This document shows, piece by piece, positions 18,006 through 27,219 of a stretch of DNA of 64,000 nt. The DNA comes from an uncultured Sphingobacteriales bacterium (GTDB lineage: Bacteria > Bacteroidota > Bacteroidia > CAILMK01 > CAYYUA01). Positions within the stretch are counted from its first letter, which is position 1. Each line of letters starts with the position of its first letter. The position numbers and the translations under genes were made by a program. The DNA lies in NCBI GenBank assembly GCA_964549595.1, contig CAZJWK010000001.1:35767-99766 (forward strand), in the 5' to 3' direction. The notes under the pieces are model-generated. The model made no database searches. It was not told the origin of the DNA and saw nothing but the letters and a program-made list of their open reading frames with translations.

Positions 18006-19991
18006 ATGAAGCTATCAATTGTCATAGTCAATTACAATGTAAAGTATTTCCTCGAACAGACCCTGCTATCGGTGAGGAAGGCCACTGAGGAGTTAAAGGC
18101 ATTAGGCCCGGGTTACGAGGCAGAAATATTTGTGGTCGATAACAACTCAGTCGATGGCTCAATTTCCATGCTCCGGGAAAAATTTCCAGAGGTTACCCTT
18201 ATTGCCAATAAAGAGAATATCGGTTTTGCCCGTGCCAATAACCAGGCCTTGTCAAAAGTATCCGGGGAATTGAGTTTACTTTTAAATCCGGACACTGTGG
18301 TTGAGGAAGATACCTTTACCAAAGTGATCCGTTTCATGGATGAACACCCCGAAGCCGGAGGATTGGGTGTAAAAATGCTGGACGGTAAAGGCCGTTTCTT
18401 ACCGGAATCCAAGCGAGGCTTTCCTTCCCCTGAAGTGGCTTTCTACAAGGCCTTTGGGTTATCCAGTCTTTTCCCCAACTCAAAGGCTTTTGGCAAGTAT
18501 CACCTCGGATACCTCGATAAAGATGAGATTCACAAGGTGGATGTATTGGCAGGTGCTTTTATGCTGGTACGTACCAAAGTTTTGAATGAAATCGGTTTAT
18601 TGGATGAGACCTTTTTCATGTATGGGGAGGATATTGATTTCTCCTACCGGATCAAAAATGCCGGCTATGAGAATTACTATTACCCGGACACCCGTATCAT
18701 CCATTATAAGGGGGAAAGCACCAAGAAGCAAAGCATTAATTACGTTTTTGTCTTTTACCAGGCCATGATCATTTTTGCCAAGAAGCACTTTTCCGCTAAA
18801 AAGGCTGCCATCTTCTCTTTCTTGCTCAACCTTGCCATTTATTTCAGGGCTTCGCTCGCTATATCATTCCGGTTTGCCAAACAAATGGCCCTTCCTATAC
18901 TCGATTATACGCTGATCTTTATAGCGCTATACTTAACAGCTTCCTCCAATACCGTACTTTTTAAAGAAGGGACTGAAACCCTTCCTTCCAATTGGCTGGA
19001 TTACCAGCTTCCGATAGGCGTGCTGATCTGGATTCTGGGAAATGTATTTACCAGGAATTACCGAAAACCCTTTACGTTAGGTAAGATTGTCAACGGGACC
19101 CTTTTAGGCACGCTGGCGGTGGCTGCAGCTTATGCTTTTTTGCCGGATTCATGGCAGCACTCACGCGGGTTTATCCTGATAGGAGGACTTTACTCCGGTT
19201 TGATTTTCACCCTTAACCGGTTGGTTTTTCACTTCAAGGATTACAAAAATTTACGACTGGGGGCCAAGGGCCTGAAAAAGATCATCATTGTGGGTGGAAA
19301 GGAAGAGGCAGACCGCGTTGAACAATTGCTTGAGGATAGCCGTGTACGCTTTCAATTGGTGGGTTATGTAGATCCGAATGGTAACGGGCAAAGCAATGAA
19401 TACCCCTATATTGGTCAATTAAGCCAGCTCGGGGAAATCTCCACAATTTATGATGTTACGGAAATCATCTTTTGCGCTAAAGATATTGCCTCCCACAAAA
19501 TCATTAACTGGATGGTATACATCCAGGATCAACAGATCGACTTCAAGATTGCACCGGAAGAAAGCTTGTTTATCATCGGAAGCCGCTCAAAGCACTTACC
19601 CGGAGATTTTTACACCATTAATATTGAGCTGGGATTGGCTCAACCTACCAATCGTTTCAATAAATATGCTTTTGATCTGCTTTCTTCACTGGGTTTGATG
19701 CTGACCCTACCGGTTACCATCTGGTTTATTAAGGATAAAAAAGGGTTTATGCAAAATATTACCCGGGTGCTAACGGGCAGGAGCTCCTGGGTAGGATATG
19801 AGCGCTCCTCACAGACCTATAAACTCCCTGAACTCCGCAAAGGCGTTCTCAGTCCTTGCGATGAGCTCACCGAAAACCACCTCGACCAAGCCACCATTGA
19901 GCGGTTAAACTTCTTGTATGCACGCGATTATGAGCTAAGTAAAGACCTTAAGATCATCACCAGGAATTTTTCCCGCTTAGGTGAACACTAA
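18006..19991 (+). CDS. Family-2 glycosyltransferase fused to a membrane region and a truncated sugar-transferase (PGT-like) module
   Basis: The GT2 N-terminus (SIVIVNYN ... VVDNNSVDGS ... YGEDIDFSYR) is followed by TM helices, a Rossmann-like segment (KKIIIVGGKEEADRV) and the start of a Bac_transf-like helix (KYAFDLLSSLGLMLTLPVTIWFI). The canonical C-terminal catalytic part is absent. Confidence 0.65.
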   Translation: MKLSIVIVNYNVKYFLEQTLLSVRKATEELKALGPGYEAEIFVVDNNSVDGSISMLREKFPEVTLIANKENIGFARANNQALSKVSGELSLLLNPDTVVEEDTFTKVIRFMDEHPEAGGLGVKMLDGKGRFLPESKRGFPSPEVAFYKAFGLSSLFPNSKAFGKYHLGYLDKDEIHKVDVLAGAFMLVRTKVLNEIGLLDETFFMYGEDIDFSYRIKNAGYENYYYPDTRIIHYKGESTKKQSINYVFVFYQAMIIFAKKHFSAKKAAIFSFLLNLAIYFRASLAISFRFAKQMALPILDYTLIFIALYLTASSNTVLFKEGTETLPSNWLDYQLPIGVLIWILGNVFTRNYRKPFTLGKIVNGTLLGTLAVAAAYAFLPDSWQHSRGFILIGGLYSGLIFTLNRLVFHFKDYKNLRLGAKGLKKIIIVGGKEEADRVEQLLEDSRVRFQLVGYVDPNGNGQSNEYPYIGQLSQLGEISTIYDVTEIIFCAKDIASHKIINWMVYIQDQQIDFKIAPEESLFIIGSRSKHLPGDFYTINIELGLAQPTNRFNKYAFDLLSSLGLMLTLPVTIWFIKDKKGFMQNITRVLTGRSSWVGYERSSQTYKLPELRKGVLSPCDELTENHLDQATIERLNFLYARDYELSKDLKIITRNFSRLGEH

Positions 19992-20013
19992 TAAGCGATT
20001 CCCTTAAGCAAAA

Positions 20014-20039
20014 AAAGGCGATGTATAAACACCGCCTTT
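20014..20039. terminator. Bidirectional hairpin between convergent genes (AAAGGCG ... CGCCTTT flanked by A/T runs)
   Basis: A 7-bp GC-containing stem with A-tract and T-tract flanks lies between the GT2 gene (+) and rpoD (-). Confidence 0.3.
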
Positions 20040-20088
20040 AAAAAACACAGTTTTAAAATATTCTTGTCAATGCCTGATTAACAAAAAA

Positions 20089-20955
20089 TCATGCACCAAG
20101 GTAAGATTTAAGCAAACGACTTTTGGAAGACTTCCTCAACTTACGAAGGGCTTTTTCCTTGATCTGGCGTACCCTTTCGCGTGTCAAATTAACCTTTTCA
20201 CTAATGTCTTCATAGGAATGCGGAGCATTGCCTTCCAAACCAAAGAATAGCTTTACGATCTCCCGTTCTTTGTCAGCCAATAAGGAAATGACACGGCTGA
20301 TCTCTTTTTGAAGGGATTCGTGCAGTAAATCTACATCCGGGTTGGGTTCTTGATGATTGGGTAAGAGGGTTAACAAGTTGGCATCTTCTTCTTCATTAAT
20401 AGGCGCATCAATGGATAGATGACGACTTGAGGAACTAAGTGTGGTCTCGACCTCTTGGCCGGGAAGTTCCAACTTTTCTGCAATTTCGGTGGTAGTGGCT
20501 TCCCGTTCGTACTTTTGCTCTAGTTCAGCAGCCGCATTACCGATCTTGCTTAAAGACCCGACCTTATTAAGCGGTAACCTTACCAGGCGGCTTTGATCAG
20601 CCAATGCCTGAAGAATAGATTGGCGTATCCACCAAACTGCATAAGAAATGAACTTAAAACCCCTTGTTTCATCAAAGCGTTGAGCCGCTTTAATAAGGCC
20701 CAGGTTACCCTCGTTGATAAGATCGCCAAGGGTTAAACCTTGATTCTGATACTGCTTTGCCACTGATACAACAAATCGCAGGTTAGCGGTCACAAGCTTC
20801 TCCAGGGCAGCCTGATCATTTTCTTTAATCCTTTTTGCCAGTTCCACTTCTTCACCAGGAGAAATCATCTCCACTTTACTGATCTCGTTCAAATACTTGT
20901 CTAAAGATTTGTTTTCCCGGTTTGTAAACTGCTTGCTAATCTTTAGTTGTCGCAT
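20089..20955 (-). CDS. rpoD: Primary RNA polymerase sigma-70 factor (Bacteroidota SigA / RpoD type)
   Basis: 288 aa covering regions 1.2, 2 ([37 protein letters not shown]), 3 and 4 ([29 protein letters not shown]). The short length fits Bacteroidota SigA. Confidence 0.9.
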   Translation of the reverse strand: MRQLKISKQFTNRENKSLDKYLNEISKVEMISPGEEVELAKRIKENDQAALEKLVTANLRFVVSVAKQYQNQGLTLGDLINEGNLGLIKAAQRFDETRGFKFISYAVWWIRQSILQALADQSRLVRLPLNKVGSLSKIGNAAAELEQKYEREATTTEIAEKLELPGQEVETTLSSSSRHLSIDAPINEEEDANLLTLLPNHQEPNPDVDLLHESLQKEISRVISLLADKEREIVKLFFGLEGNAPHSYEDISEKVNLTRERVRQIKEKALRKLRKSSKSRLLKSYLGA

Positions 20956-21438
20956 GTTTTAAAATAGTTTTAACATATTGATTTTGTGAGAAATTCTACA
21001 ATTCCGTTCATTCAAACAACGCCGTTTTAAGGAAAAGTTCACTTGCTTTTAACTTTTTCTCAAAAGCTGATGATCAGGGATCAGAAATCATCAAAATAAT
21101 TCTTGTTTCCAAAGCCAACAGAGCAAAAAGAAATGGTTTGCGGTAAAAGCCAAGCTTCTACTAAAGGCATCCCTTGATTTTAAGTGATGGTTTTAACAAC
21201 GACTTCTGATTTTACAGCTTTCTTTTCCTAATCGTTCCATTTATTCCATTAAAATTGAGGAAGGGACATTACTCAATATTCCCACGCTCATAGAAGAGAA
21301 TTCAAAGATGATCCCCCTTAATTTTGATTCCGGGGCTTAATTTCCTTAAGATTAAAAACCAAACACTCATTTTCTAAACCATAATTATCAAAAAATGTGT
21401 TTACTCTAAACAGTTAAATTATTAAAATCAAAAAAACC

Positions 21439-22122
21439 ATGTGCGGTCGTTATTCCATTTCAACCCCTGCCGAAGAGCTGGCCGGGCACTTTGATGCACA
21501 ACTACCTGAGGTGGAAGTCTCACCGGTATACAATGCCGCTCCCAGTCAAAATTTGATGGTCATACCTAATCAGGAAGGACCGAGAAAAGTCCACTTATTT
21601 CGTTGGGGCTTGATTCCTTTTTGGGCCAAATCAGAAGACATCGGTTACAAAATGATCAATGCCCGGGCTGAAAGCTTGATGACTAAACCAGCTTTCAAAG
21701 CGGCCTTTAAAAAAAGGCGTTGCCTTGTATTGGCGGACGGTTTCTATGAATGGCAAAAAACCAAATCCGGCAAGGTTCCTCATCGAATTTGTCTGACAAA
21801 TAACCAGCCATTTGCTTTTGCCGGATTATGGGAACAATGGAAGGAGCCAGAAACAGACAAAACCCTTGAAAGTTTCACCATCATAACCACTGAAGCCAAT
21901 GAAGCAGTGAAGCCTTTACATGAACGTATGCCGGTCATTCTGCCAGATGATGTAAAAGAGTCATGGTTAGCCAATGACCTATCCATAGAGGATTACCAAT
22001 CTTTATTACAACCCTATCCTTACCAATTGGCTATTTACCAGGTTTCCAAAAAGGTCAATACCCCAAAAAACAATGATCCCTCTGTTATTGAGCCGGTTAA
22101 GTCCGGTGACAGCCTGGTGTGA
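21439..22122 (+). CDS. SOS-response-associated peptidase (SRAP / YedK, abasic-site processing)
   Basis: The N-terminal MCGRYS places the catalytic Cys2. A conserved WNAR-like region is present (MINARAES), and the length of 227 aa fits. Confidence 0.85.
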   Translation: MCGRYSISTPAEELAGHFDAQLPEVEVSPVYNAAPSQNLMVIPNQEGPRKVHLFRWGLIPFWAKSEDIGYKMINARAESLMTKPAFKAAFKKRRCLVLADGFYEWQKTKSGKVPHRICLTNNQPFAFAGLWEQWKEPETDKTLESFTIITTEANEAVKPLHERMPVILPDDVKESWLANDLSIEDYQSLLQPYPYQLAIYQVSKKVNTPKNNDPSVIEPVKSGDSLV

Positions 22123-22364
22123 TAAGGCCGGAAAACGAATTCTAACAGGAGATCTGCGGTAAAACTGATGGTGATTTTCGCTTTTTAGGCAAAGGGGATT
22201 TTTCAATCGTTAAAATGGGACAATCCCTTTTCCCTTGCAAAAATAAAATCAATAAATTTGTCGGTCACCCTAAATCTTGGTCCATATTCAGAGGTATCGT
22301 AATAAAGGGCTTTGTTTGATAACCTTAAACCTCAATGCCCCGTTTATCCAATAAATTGACAACC

Positions 22365-25139
22365 ATGGCGCAACAACAAAAAAAGCTTTTTCTCCTGGAT
22401 GCAATGGCCCTGATTTACAGGGCTCACTTTGCTTTTATCCGAAATCCCATGTATAACTCGAAAGGCATGAATACATCTGCCTTATTTGGATTTACCAACA
22501 GCCTGCTGGAAATTCTTGAAAAAGAGAATCCCACTCATATGGGAATTGTGTTTGACACAAGCGAGCCTACCTTCCGGGAGGAGACCTATGAAGAATACAA
22601 AGCCAATAGGGAGGAACAACCTGAGGACATAGCAGTAGCCATACCAATGGTCAAGCAATTGGCAGAAGCGTTTCGCATTCCCACCCTGGAAAAACCCGGC
22701 TATGAAGCGGACGATATCATTGGGACCATTGCCAAAAAGGCTTCAAAAACCGGTTTTGAAGTGTACATGATGACCCCTGATAAGGATTTTGCGCAATTGG
22801 TTGAGGACCAAATTTACCTCTATAAACCGGCAAGAATGGGGAAACCCTCTGAAATCTGGGACACTGGAACAGTTAAGGAAAAGTTCGGAATTGATCGGGT
22901 TGATCAGGTGGTAGATATACAAGGGTTAACGGGAGATAGCATTGACAACATTCCGGGTATTGAAGGGATAGGCCCGAAGACGGCTGAAAAACTTATCAAG
23001 CAATTTGGCAGCGTTGAGGATTTGGTCCATAACACTGATCAGCTAAAAGGGAAACAGAAACAAAAAATAGAGGACAATAAGGATAATGCCCTGATGTCCA
23101 AAAAGCTGGCTACTATTTATACCGAAGTCCCTATAGATTTTGATGAAAAATCCCTGGAAAGGGAGCCCCCGGATGAAGAGTCGTTGAAAGCATTATTCAG
23201 GGAATTGGAATTCCGGTCTATTATACGGAAAATGTTCGGAGAGGAGCCGGGATCGCAAAATGGTCAGGGGGACCTTTTTAACCAAGAAGCGGATAAAACG
23301 CAAAAAGAGGAGCCTTCCCCTTACAAGACCCTGGAAGATGTTAGCCATGATTACCGGTTGGTACAGGATGCCAAAGAAAGGCAACAACTTGTTCAGTCAT
23401 TAAGCTCACTGAAGGCATTTGCTATTGATACGGAAACTTCTGCCATAAATCCCCATCAGGCTCAGTTAGTGGGAATCAGCCTCAGTACAGAAGCCGGCAA
23501 GGGTTATTACCTCCCTGTCAATGGAGACCCTGACCTTGCTGAGGCTACCATTAATGACTTAAAACCGGTTTTGGCCAATGAACAAATCACTAAGATCGGC
23601 CAAAATATCAAGTACGATTTACTGGTACTTAAAAACCGTGGGGTACCTTTAAATGGACCACTTTTCGATACCATGATAGCCCATTACCTCTTGGAACCAG
23701 AACTCCGGCACAACATGGATTACCTGGCTGAGACCTATCTTCAATACCAACCTGAACCTATTGAAAACTTGATCGGGAAGAAAGGGAAAAACCAAGGCAA
23801 CATGGGCCAATTGAAACCTGAAAAAATTAAGGATTATGCCTGTGAAGATGCGGATGTGACTTATCAACTTTACCAAAAATTCAACGAAGCCCTGGAAATA
23901 GAAGATTATACCAAGCTTTACCAGGAAATAGAAGGGCCTTTGATCTACGTTCTGGCGGAAATGGAACACGAAGGGGTCAAGGTAGATGAAGCACAGCTTA
24001 ACCATTTTTCCATTGAACTGGAGGAAGAAATGCAGTCCCTGGAAAAGACTATACATGGACTGGCCGGGGAATCTTTTAACATCAATTCTCCAAAACAGCT
24101 TGGCGATATCCTGTTTGAAAAACTCAAACTGGATCCCAATGCCAAGAAGACCCAAAAAACGCAGCAATACTCCACCAATGAGGAAGTGTTAACCAAGCTT
24201 GCCGCTCATTATGAAATTGCCCAAAAGGTGTTGGACTACCGGTCCGTTCAAAAGCTTAAATCCACGTATGTAGATGCGCTTCCTGAATTGATTAATCCCA
24301 ATACAGGAAGGATTCACACTTCCTATCAACAAGCAGTTGCGGCAACCGGACGGCTAAGCTCCACCAACCCTAACCTCCAGAATATTCCTATCCGTACAGA
24401 AAAAGGCCGCAGGATCAGGGAAGCCTTTGTTCCAAGGGAACCAGGCTATTCCATTTTTGCGGCTGATTATTCCCAGATTGAGCTTCGTTTGGTGGCTGAT
24501 ATCAGTGGCGATGAATCCCTGATCCAGGCTTTTAAGGAAGGGCAGGATATCCACGCTTCGACTGCGGCTAAAATTTATAAGGTCCCAATGGAGAAGGTCA
24601 CCGATACCATGCGCCGTAGTGCTAAAACCGTCAATTTTGGAATTATTTACGGGATTTCTGCCTTTGGGCTTTCTCAAAGGTTGGGCATTCCCCGGAAAGA
24701 GGCTTCCGAAATCATCGAAAGCTACTTTACGGAATTTCCGAAAGTCAAGGAATACATGAACGAGCAAATTGCCTTTGCCCGCGAGCATGGGTATGTCAAA
24801 ACTTTACTTGGCCGAAAAAGGACCTTGAGAGACATCACCTCGGGGAATAGCACGCAAAGGGGGTTTGCAGAACGCAACGCCATTAATAGTCCGATTCAGG
24901 GTACGGCTGCGGATATGATCAAGAAGGCCATGGTAGAAATCCATTATGCCATGAGAGAACAGGGCTTTTCTTCAGCGATGATCATGCAGGTCCATGATGA
25001 GCTGATCTTTGATGCCAGGGATAAGGAATTAGAGGCGTTAAAACCCTTAGTACAGGAAAAAATGCAAAACGCCCTGGAATTAAACGTGCCCATTGAGGTT
25101 GAAATGGGAGTCGGCCAGAATTGGTTGGAGGCCCATTAG
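22365..25139 (+). CDS. polA: DNA polymerase I
   Basis: It has a 5'-3' exonuclease N-terminus (KKLFLLDAMALIYRAHFAF), a 3'-5' exonuclease/ribonuclease H-like middle, and polymerase motifs (RRSAKTVNFGIIYGIS; QVHDELIF). The likely start is the ATG at 22365 (MAQQQKK). Confidence 0.95.
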   Translation: MAQQQKKLFLLDAMALIYRAHFAFIRNPMYNSKGMNTSALFGFTNSLLEILEKENPTHMGIVFDTSEPTFREETYEEYKANREEQPEDIAVAIPMVKQLAEAFRIPTLEKPGYEADDIIGTIAKKASKTGFEVYMMTPDKDFAQLVEDQIYLYKPARMGKPSEIWDTGTVKEKFGIDRVDQVVDIQGLTGDSIDNIPGIEGIGPKTAEKLIKQFGSVEDLVHNTDQLKGKQKQKIEDNKDNALMSKKLATIYTEVPIDFDEKSLEREPPDEESLKALFRELEFRSIIRKMFGEEPGSQNGQGDLFNQEADKTQKEEPSPYKTLEDVSHDYRLVQDAKERQQLVQSLSSLKAFAIDTETSAINPHQAQLVGISLSTEAGKGYYLPVNGDPDLAEATINDLKPVLANEQITKIGQNIKYDLLVLKNRGVPLNGPLFDTMIAHYLLEPELRHNMDYLAETYLQYQPEPIENLIGKKGKNQGNMGQLKPEKIKDYACEDADVTYQLYQKFNEALEIEDYTKLYQEIEGPLIYVLAEMEHEGVKVDEAQLNHFSIELEEEMQSLEKTIHGLAGESFNINSPKQLGDILFEKLKLDPNAKKTQKTQQYSTNEEVLTKLAAHYEIAQKVLDYRSVQKLKSTYVDALPELINPNTGRIHTSYQQAVAATGRLSSTNPNLQNIPIRTEKGRRIREAFVPREPGYSIFAADYSQIELRLVADISGDESLIQAFKEGQDIHASTAAKIYKVPMEKVTDTMRRSAKTVNFGIIYGISAFGLSQRLGIPRKEASEIIESYFTEFPKVKEYMNEQIAFAREHGYVKTLLGRKRTLRDITSGNSTQRGFAERNAINSPIQGTAADMIKKAMVEIHYAMREQGFSSAMIMQVHDELIFDARDKELEALKPLVQEKMQNALELNVPIEVEMGVGQNWLEAH

Positions 25140-25269
25140 CCAACCACTTCAACCAAATGCCGCGAAAATGCTTGAGTTAGGAATTGTGCCCTTTTACAAT
25201 GGAAAACTAATCAGTGAACAAACCACCCGATTAAAAATTAGGCTTTTACTCAGGCTCGTGCTAAGTTTG

Positions 25270-25344
25270 TCGGGGTGGCTGGATTCGAACCAGCGACTTC
25301 CACGTCCCGAACGTGGCGCGCTAACCGGACTGCGCTACACCCCG
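25270..25344 (-). tRNA. tRNA-Pro (anticodon CGG)
   Basis: The minus-strand sequence CGGGGTG TA GCGCAGTCCGGTTAGCGCG CCACG TTCGGGA CGTGG AAGTC GCTGG TTCGAAT CCAGC CACCCCG folds as a canonical cloverleaf with a 7-bp acceptor stem and a TTCGAAT T-loop. CCA is not encoded. Confidence 0.85.
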
Positions 25345-25465
25345 AATTTTATTTGGGTTTGCAGTTGAATGACCATTACCCAAAGAAGCTTTGCAAAATT
25401 AAAAAAACCAGACGGGTAAGCTCAACTTCCGTTCCTCTCCGCTAACAATCCTTTAACTTTGCCCC

Positions 25466-26569
25466 ATGCTCATCAAGGATTTGACATTACGTTTTTTCAA
25501 AAATTATGATCACCTTGTAATGGATTTTGATACATTAAAATTCGTGGGTTTAACAGGACCCAATGGGACCGGTAAGACCAATTTACTGGATGCCATCCAT
25601 TACCTCTCAATGGGGAAGAGTTATTTCAACCCAGTAGACCGGCAAAACATTCATCCTGATAGCTATTACTTCAACCTTCAGGGTACTTTTCTAAAACACT
25701 CAGAAAATCAACAAATTTTTTGTAGCTATGTCGAAGGGAAGAAGAAAACCATTAAGAAAAATAAGACGAATTATGACAAATTGGCCAACCACATCGGGCA
25801 ATTTCCCAATGTGATTATAACCCCTTATGATGTGAAGCTTATCAATGAAGGGGGCGAAGAAAGGCGCAGGTTTTTAGACCGGATTATCTCCCAAATGGAC
25901 AAAAAATACCTCGCCAATATCACCCAATACCAGCGTCACCTAAATCAAAGAAATGCCCAGCTCAAATCAATGGCGGATTCAGGAAGCCACGACCAAAACC
26001 TTTTAACGGTTTACAATCAGAAACTTACGGGTTTAGCAGAAGCCATTCATAAAAGGCGCGGCGCATTTATCGAGCATTTCAATCCTATCTTTTACCGTTA
26101 TTATGAATGGCTTTCCGGTAATAATGAAGTGGTTTCCCTGGCCTACAACTCCCATTTGAATCAAAATAACCTGGAAGCCCTCTTCAAAGAAAACTTTGAA
26201 AAAGACCTGAGCCTTCAGCGGACAAGTTGTGGAATACACCGGGACGACCTCGACTTCACCATTTTCACGAGATCATTAAAACGCTTTGGTTCCCAGGGGC
26301 AGCAAAAATCTTTCTTGATTGCCCTGAAATTGGCTCAATATGAAGTTATTAAACAACAAGCCGGCATTCCTCCTTTGCTTTTATTGGATGACATTTTTGA
26401 TCGTCTGGATGATAGCCGTGTCGGAAGGCTTATCGAAACCATCACTAAAGAAGATTTTAGCCAGGTCTTCATCACTGATACGTCCAAAGAACGGCTTCAA
26501 AAGGTACTGGAAACAAATGCAGACAATTTGGGTATATTTGAGATCGAAAATGGCAAGTTGAAACCTTAA
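25466..26569 (+). CDS. recF: DNA replication and repair protein RecF
   Basis: 367 aa with a Walker A (GPNGTGKTNLLDAI) and an SMC-like ABC ATPase signature and D-loop (LLLDDIFDRLD). Confidence 0.95.
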   Translation: MLIKDLTLRFFKNYDHLVMDFDTLKFVGLTGPNGTGKTNLLDAIHYLSMGKSYFNPVDRQNIHPDSYYFNLQGTFLKHSENQQIFCSYVEGKKKTIKKNKTNYDKLANHIGQFPNVIITPYDVKLINEGGEERRRFLDRIISQMDKKYLANITQYQRHLNQRNAQLKSMADSGSHDQNLLTVYNQKLTGLAEAIHKRRGAFIEHFNPIFYRYYEWLSGNNEVVSLAYNSHLNQNNLEALFKENFEKDLSLQRTSCGIHRDDLDFTIFTRSLKRFGSQGQQKSFLIALKLAQYEVIKQQAGIPPLLLLDDIFDRLDDSRVGRLIETITKEDFSQVFITDTSKERLQKVLETNADNLGIFEIENGKLKP

Positions 26570-26596
26570 AGCATTATTTCATTAAAACTTATTGGC

Positions 26597-27175
26597 ATGT
26601 TAGCCTTGAACAACACCCTCATTTCCGAAGACATTCTAAACAATGAATTTGTGTGTAACCTCGAGGCCTGCAAAGGAATTTGCTGTGTAGAAGGAGATTA
26701 TGGTGCACCGCTGGAACAATCAGAAATTGGCATTATTGAAGAATCCCTGGATGAGATTAAACCCTATATGAATAAAGCCAATCGGGAAAAATTGGAGAAT
26801 AAAGGTTTTTACGAACAAGATCCTGATGGAGATATGGTTACAAAATGCATGGGAGGAAAGGATTGTATTTTTGTCCGAAAAGAGTCGGACGGGGTTTATA
26901 AATGCACCATAGAGCGAGCATGGGAAGATGGAAAGATTAATTTTCAAAAACCCGTTTCTTGCCATCTATACCCCGTAAGGCTGGAAGAAGATGGCCCTAT
27001 GACCCAACTCCATTATGACAAAGCTGAAATGTGTGACCCCGCATGCACCTTAGGAAAGTCCCTCCAGGTACCCCTTTACAAGTTTGTCAAAGAAGCTTTA
27101 ATCAGAAAATTCGGGGAAGAATGGTATAACCAACTTGATTCAATAGCGGAGTCCTTGGGATCGAAAAAGCGTTAG
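26597..27175 (+). CDS. Cysteine-rich DUF3109-like protein
   Basis: 192 aa with the motif CNLEACKGICCVEGD plus additional conserved Cys residues. This is the usual Bacteroidota partner downstream of recF. Confidence 0.45.
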   Translation: MLALNNTLISEDILNNEFVCNLEACKGICCVEGDYGAPLEQSEIGIIEESLDEIKPYMNKANREKLENKGFYEQDPDGDMVTKCMGGKDCIFVRKESDGVYKCTIERAWEDGKINFQKPVSCHLYPVRLEEDGPMTQLHYDKAEMCDPACTLGKSLQVPLYKFVKEALIRKFGEEWYNQLDSIAESLGSKKR

Positions 27176-27219
27176 CATCCTTGTTAAGTTCCTGAATTAC
27201 CGGCCTGTAAAAAAGATCT

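Noticed and set aside
20956-21438. 480-bp intergenic region upstream of rpoD and the SRAP gene as a possible ncRNA or LexA operator
   Set aside because: Only a weak palindrome (TGATGATC...ATCATCA) is visible. There is no convincing structured RNA or known Bacteroidota SOS box.
25093-25368. 91-aa ORF on the plus strand
   Set aside because: It overlaps a well-formed tRNA-Pro(CGG) on the opposite strand and has no motifs, so it is a spurious ORF.
25140-25465. tRNA-Pro as a possible integration site for a mobile element
   Set aside because: There is no integrase, no direct repeat of the tRNA 3' end and no obvious foreign gene block nearby. The flanking genes are polA and recF.
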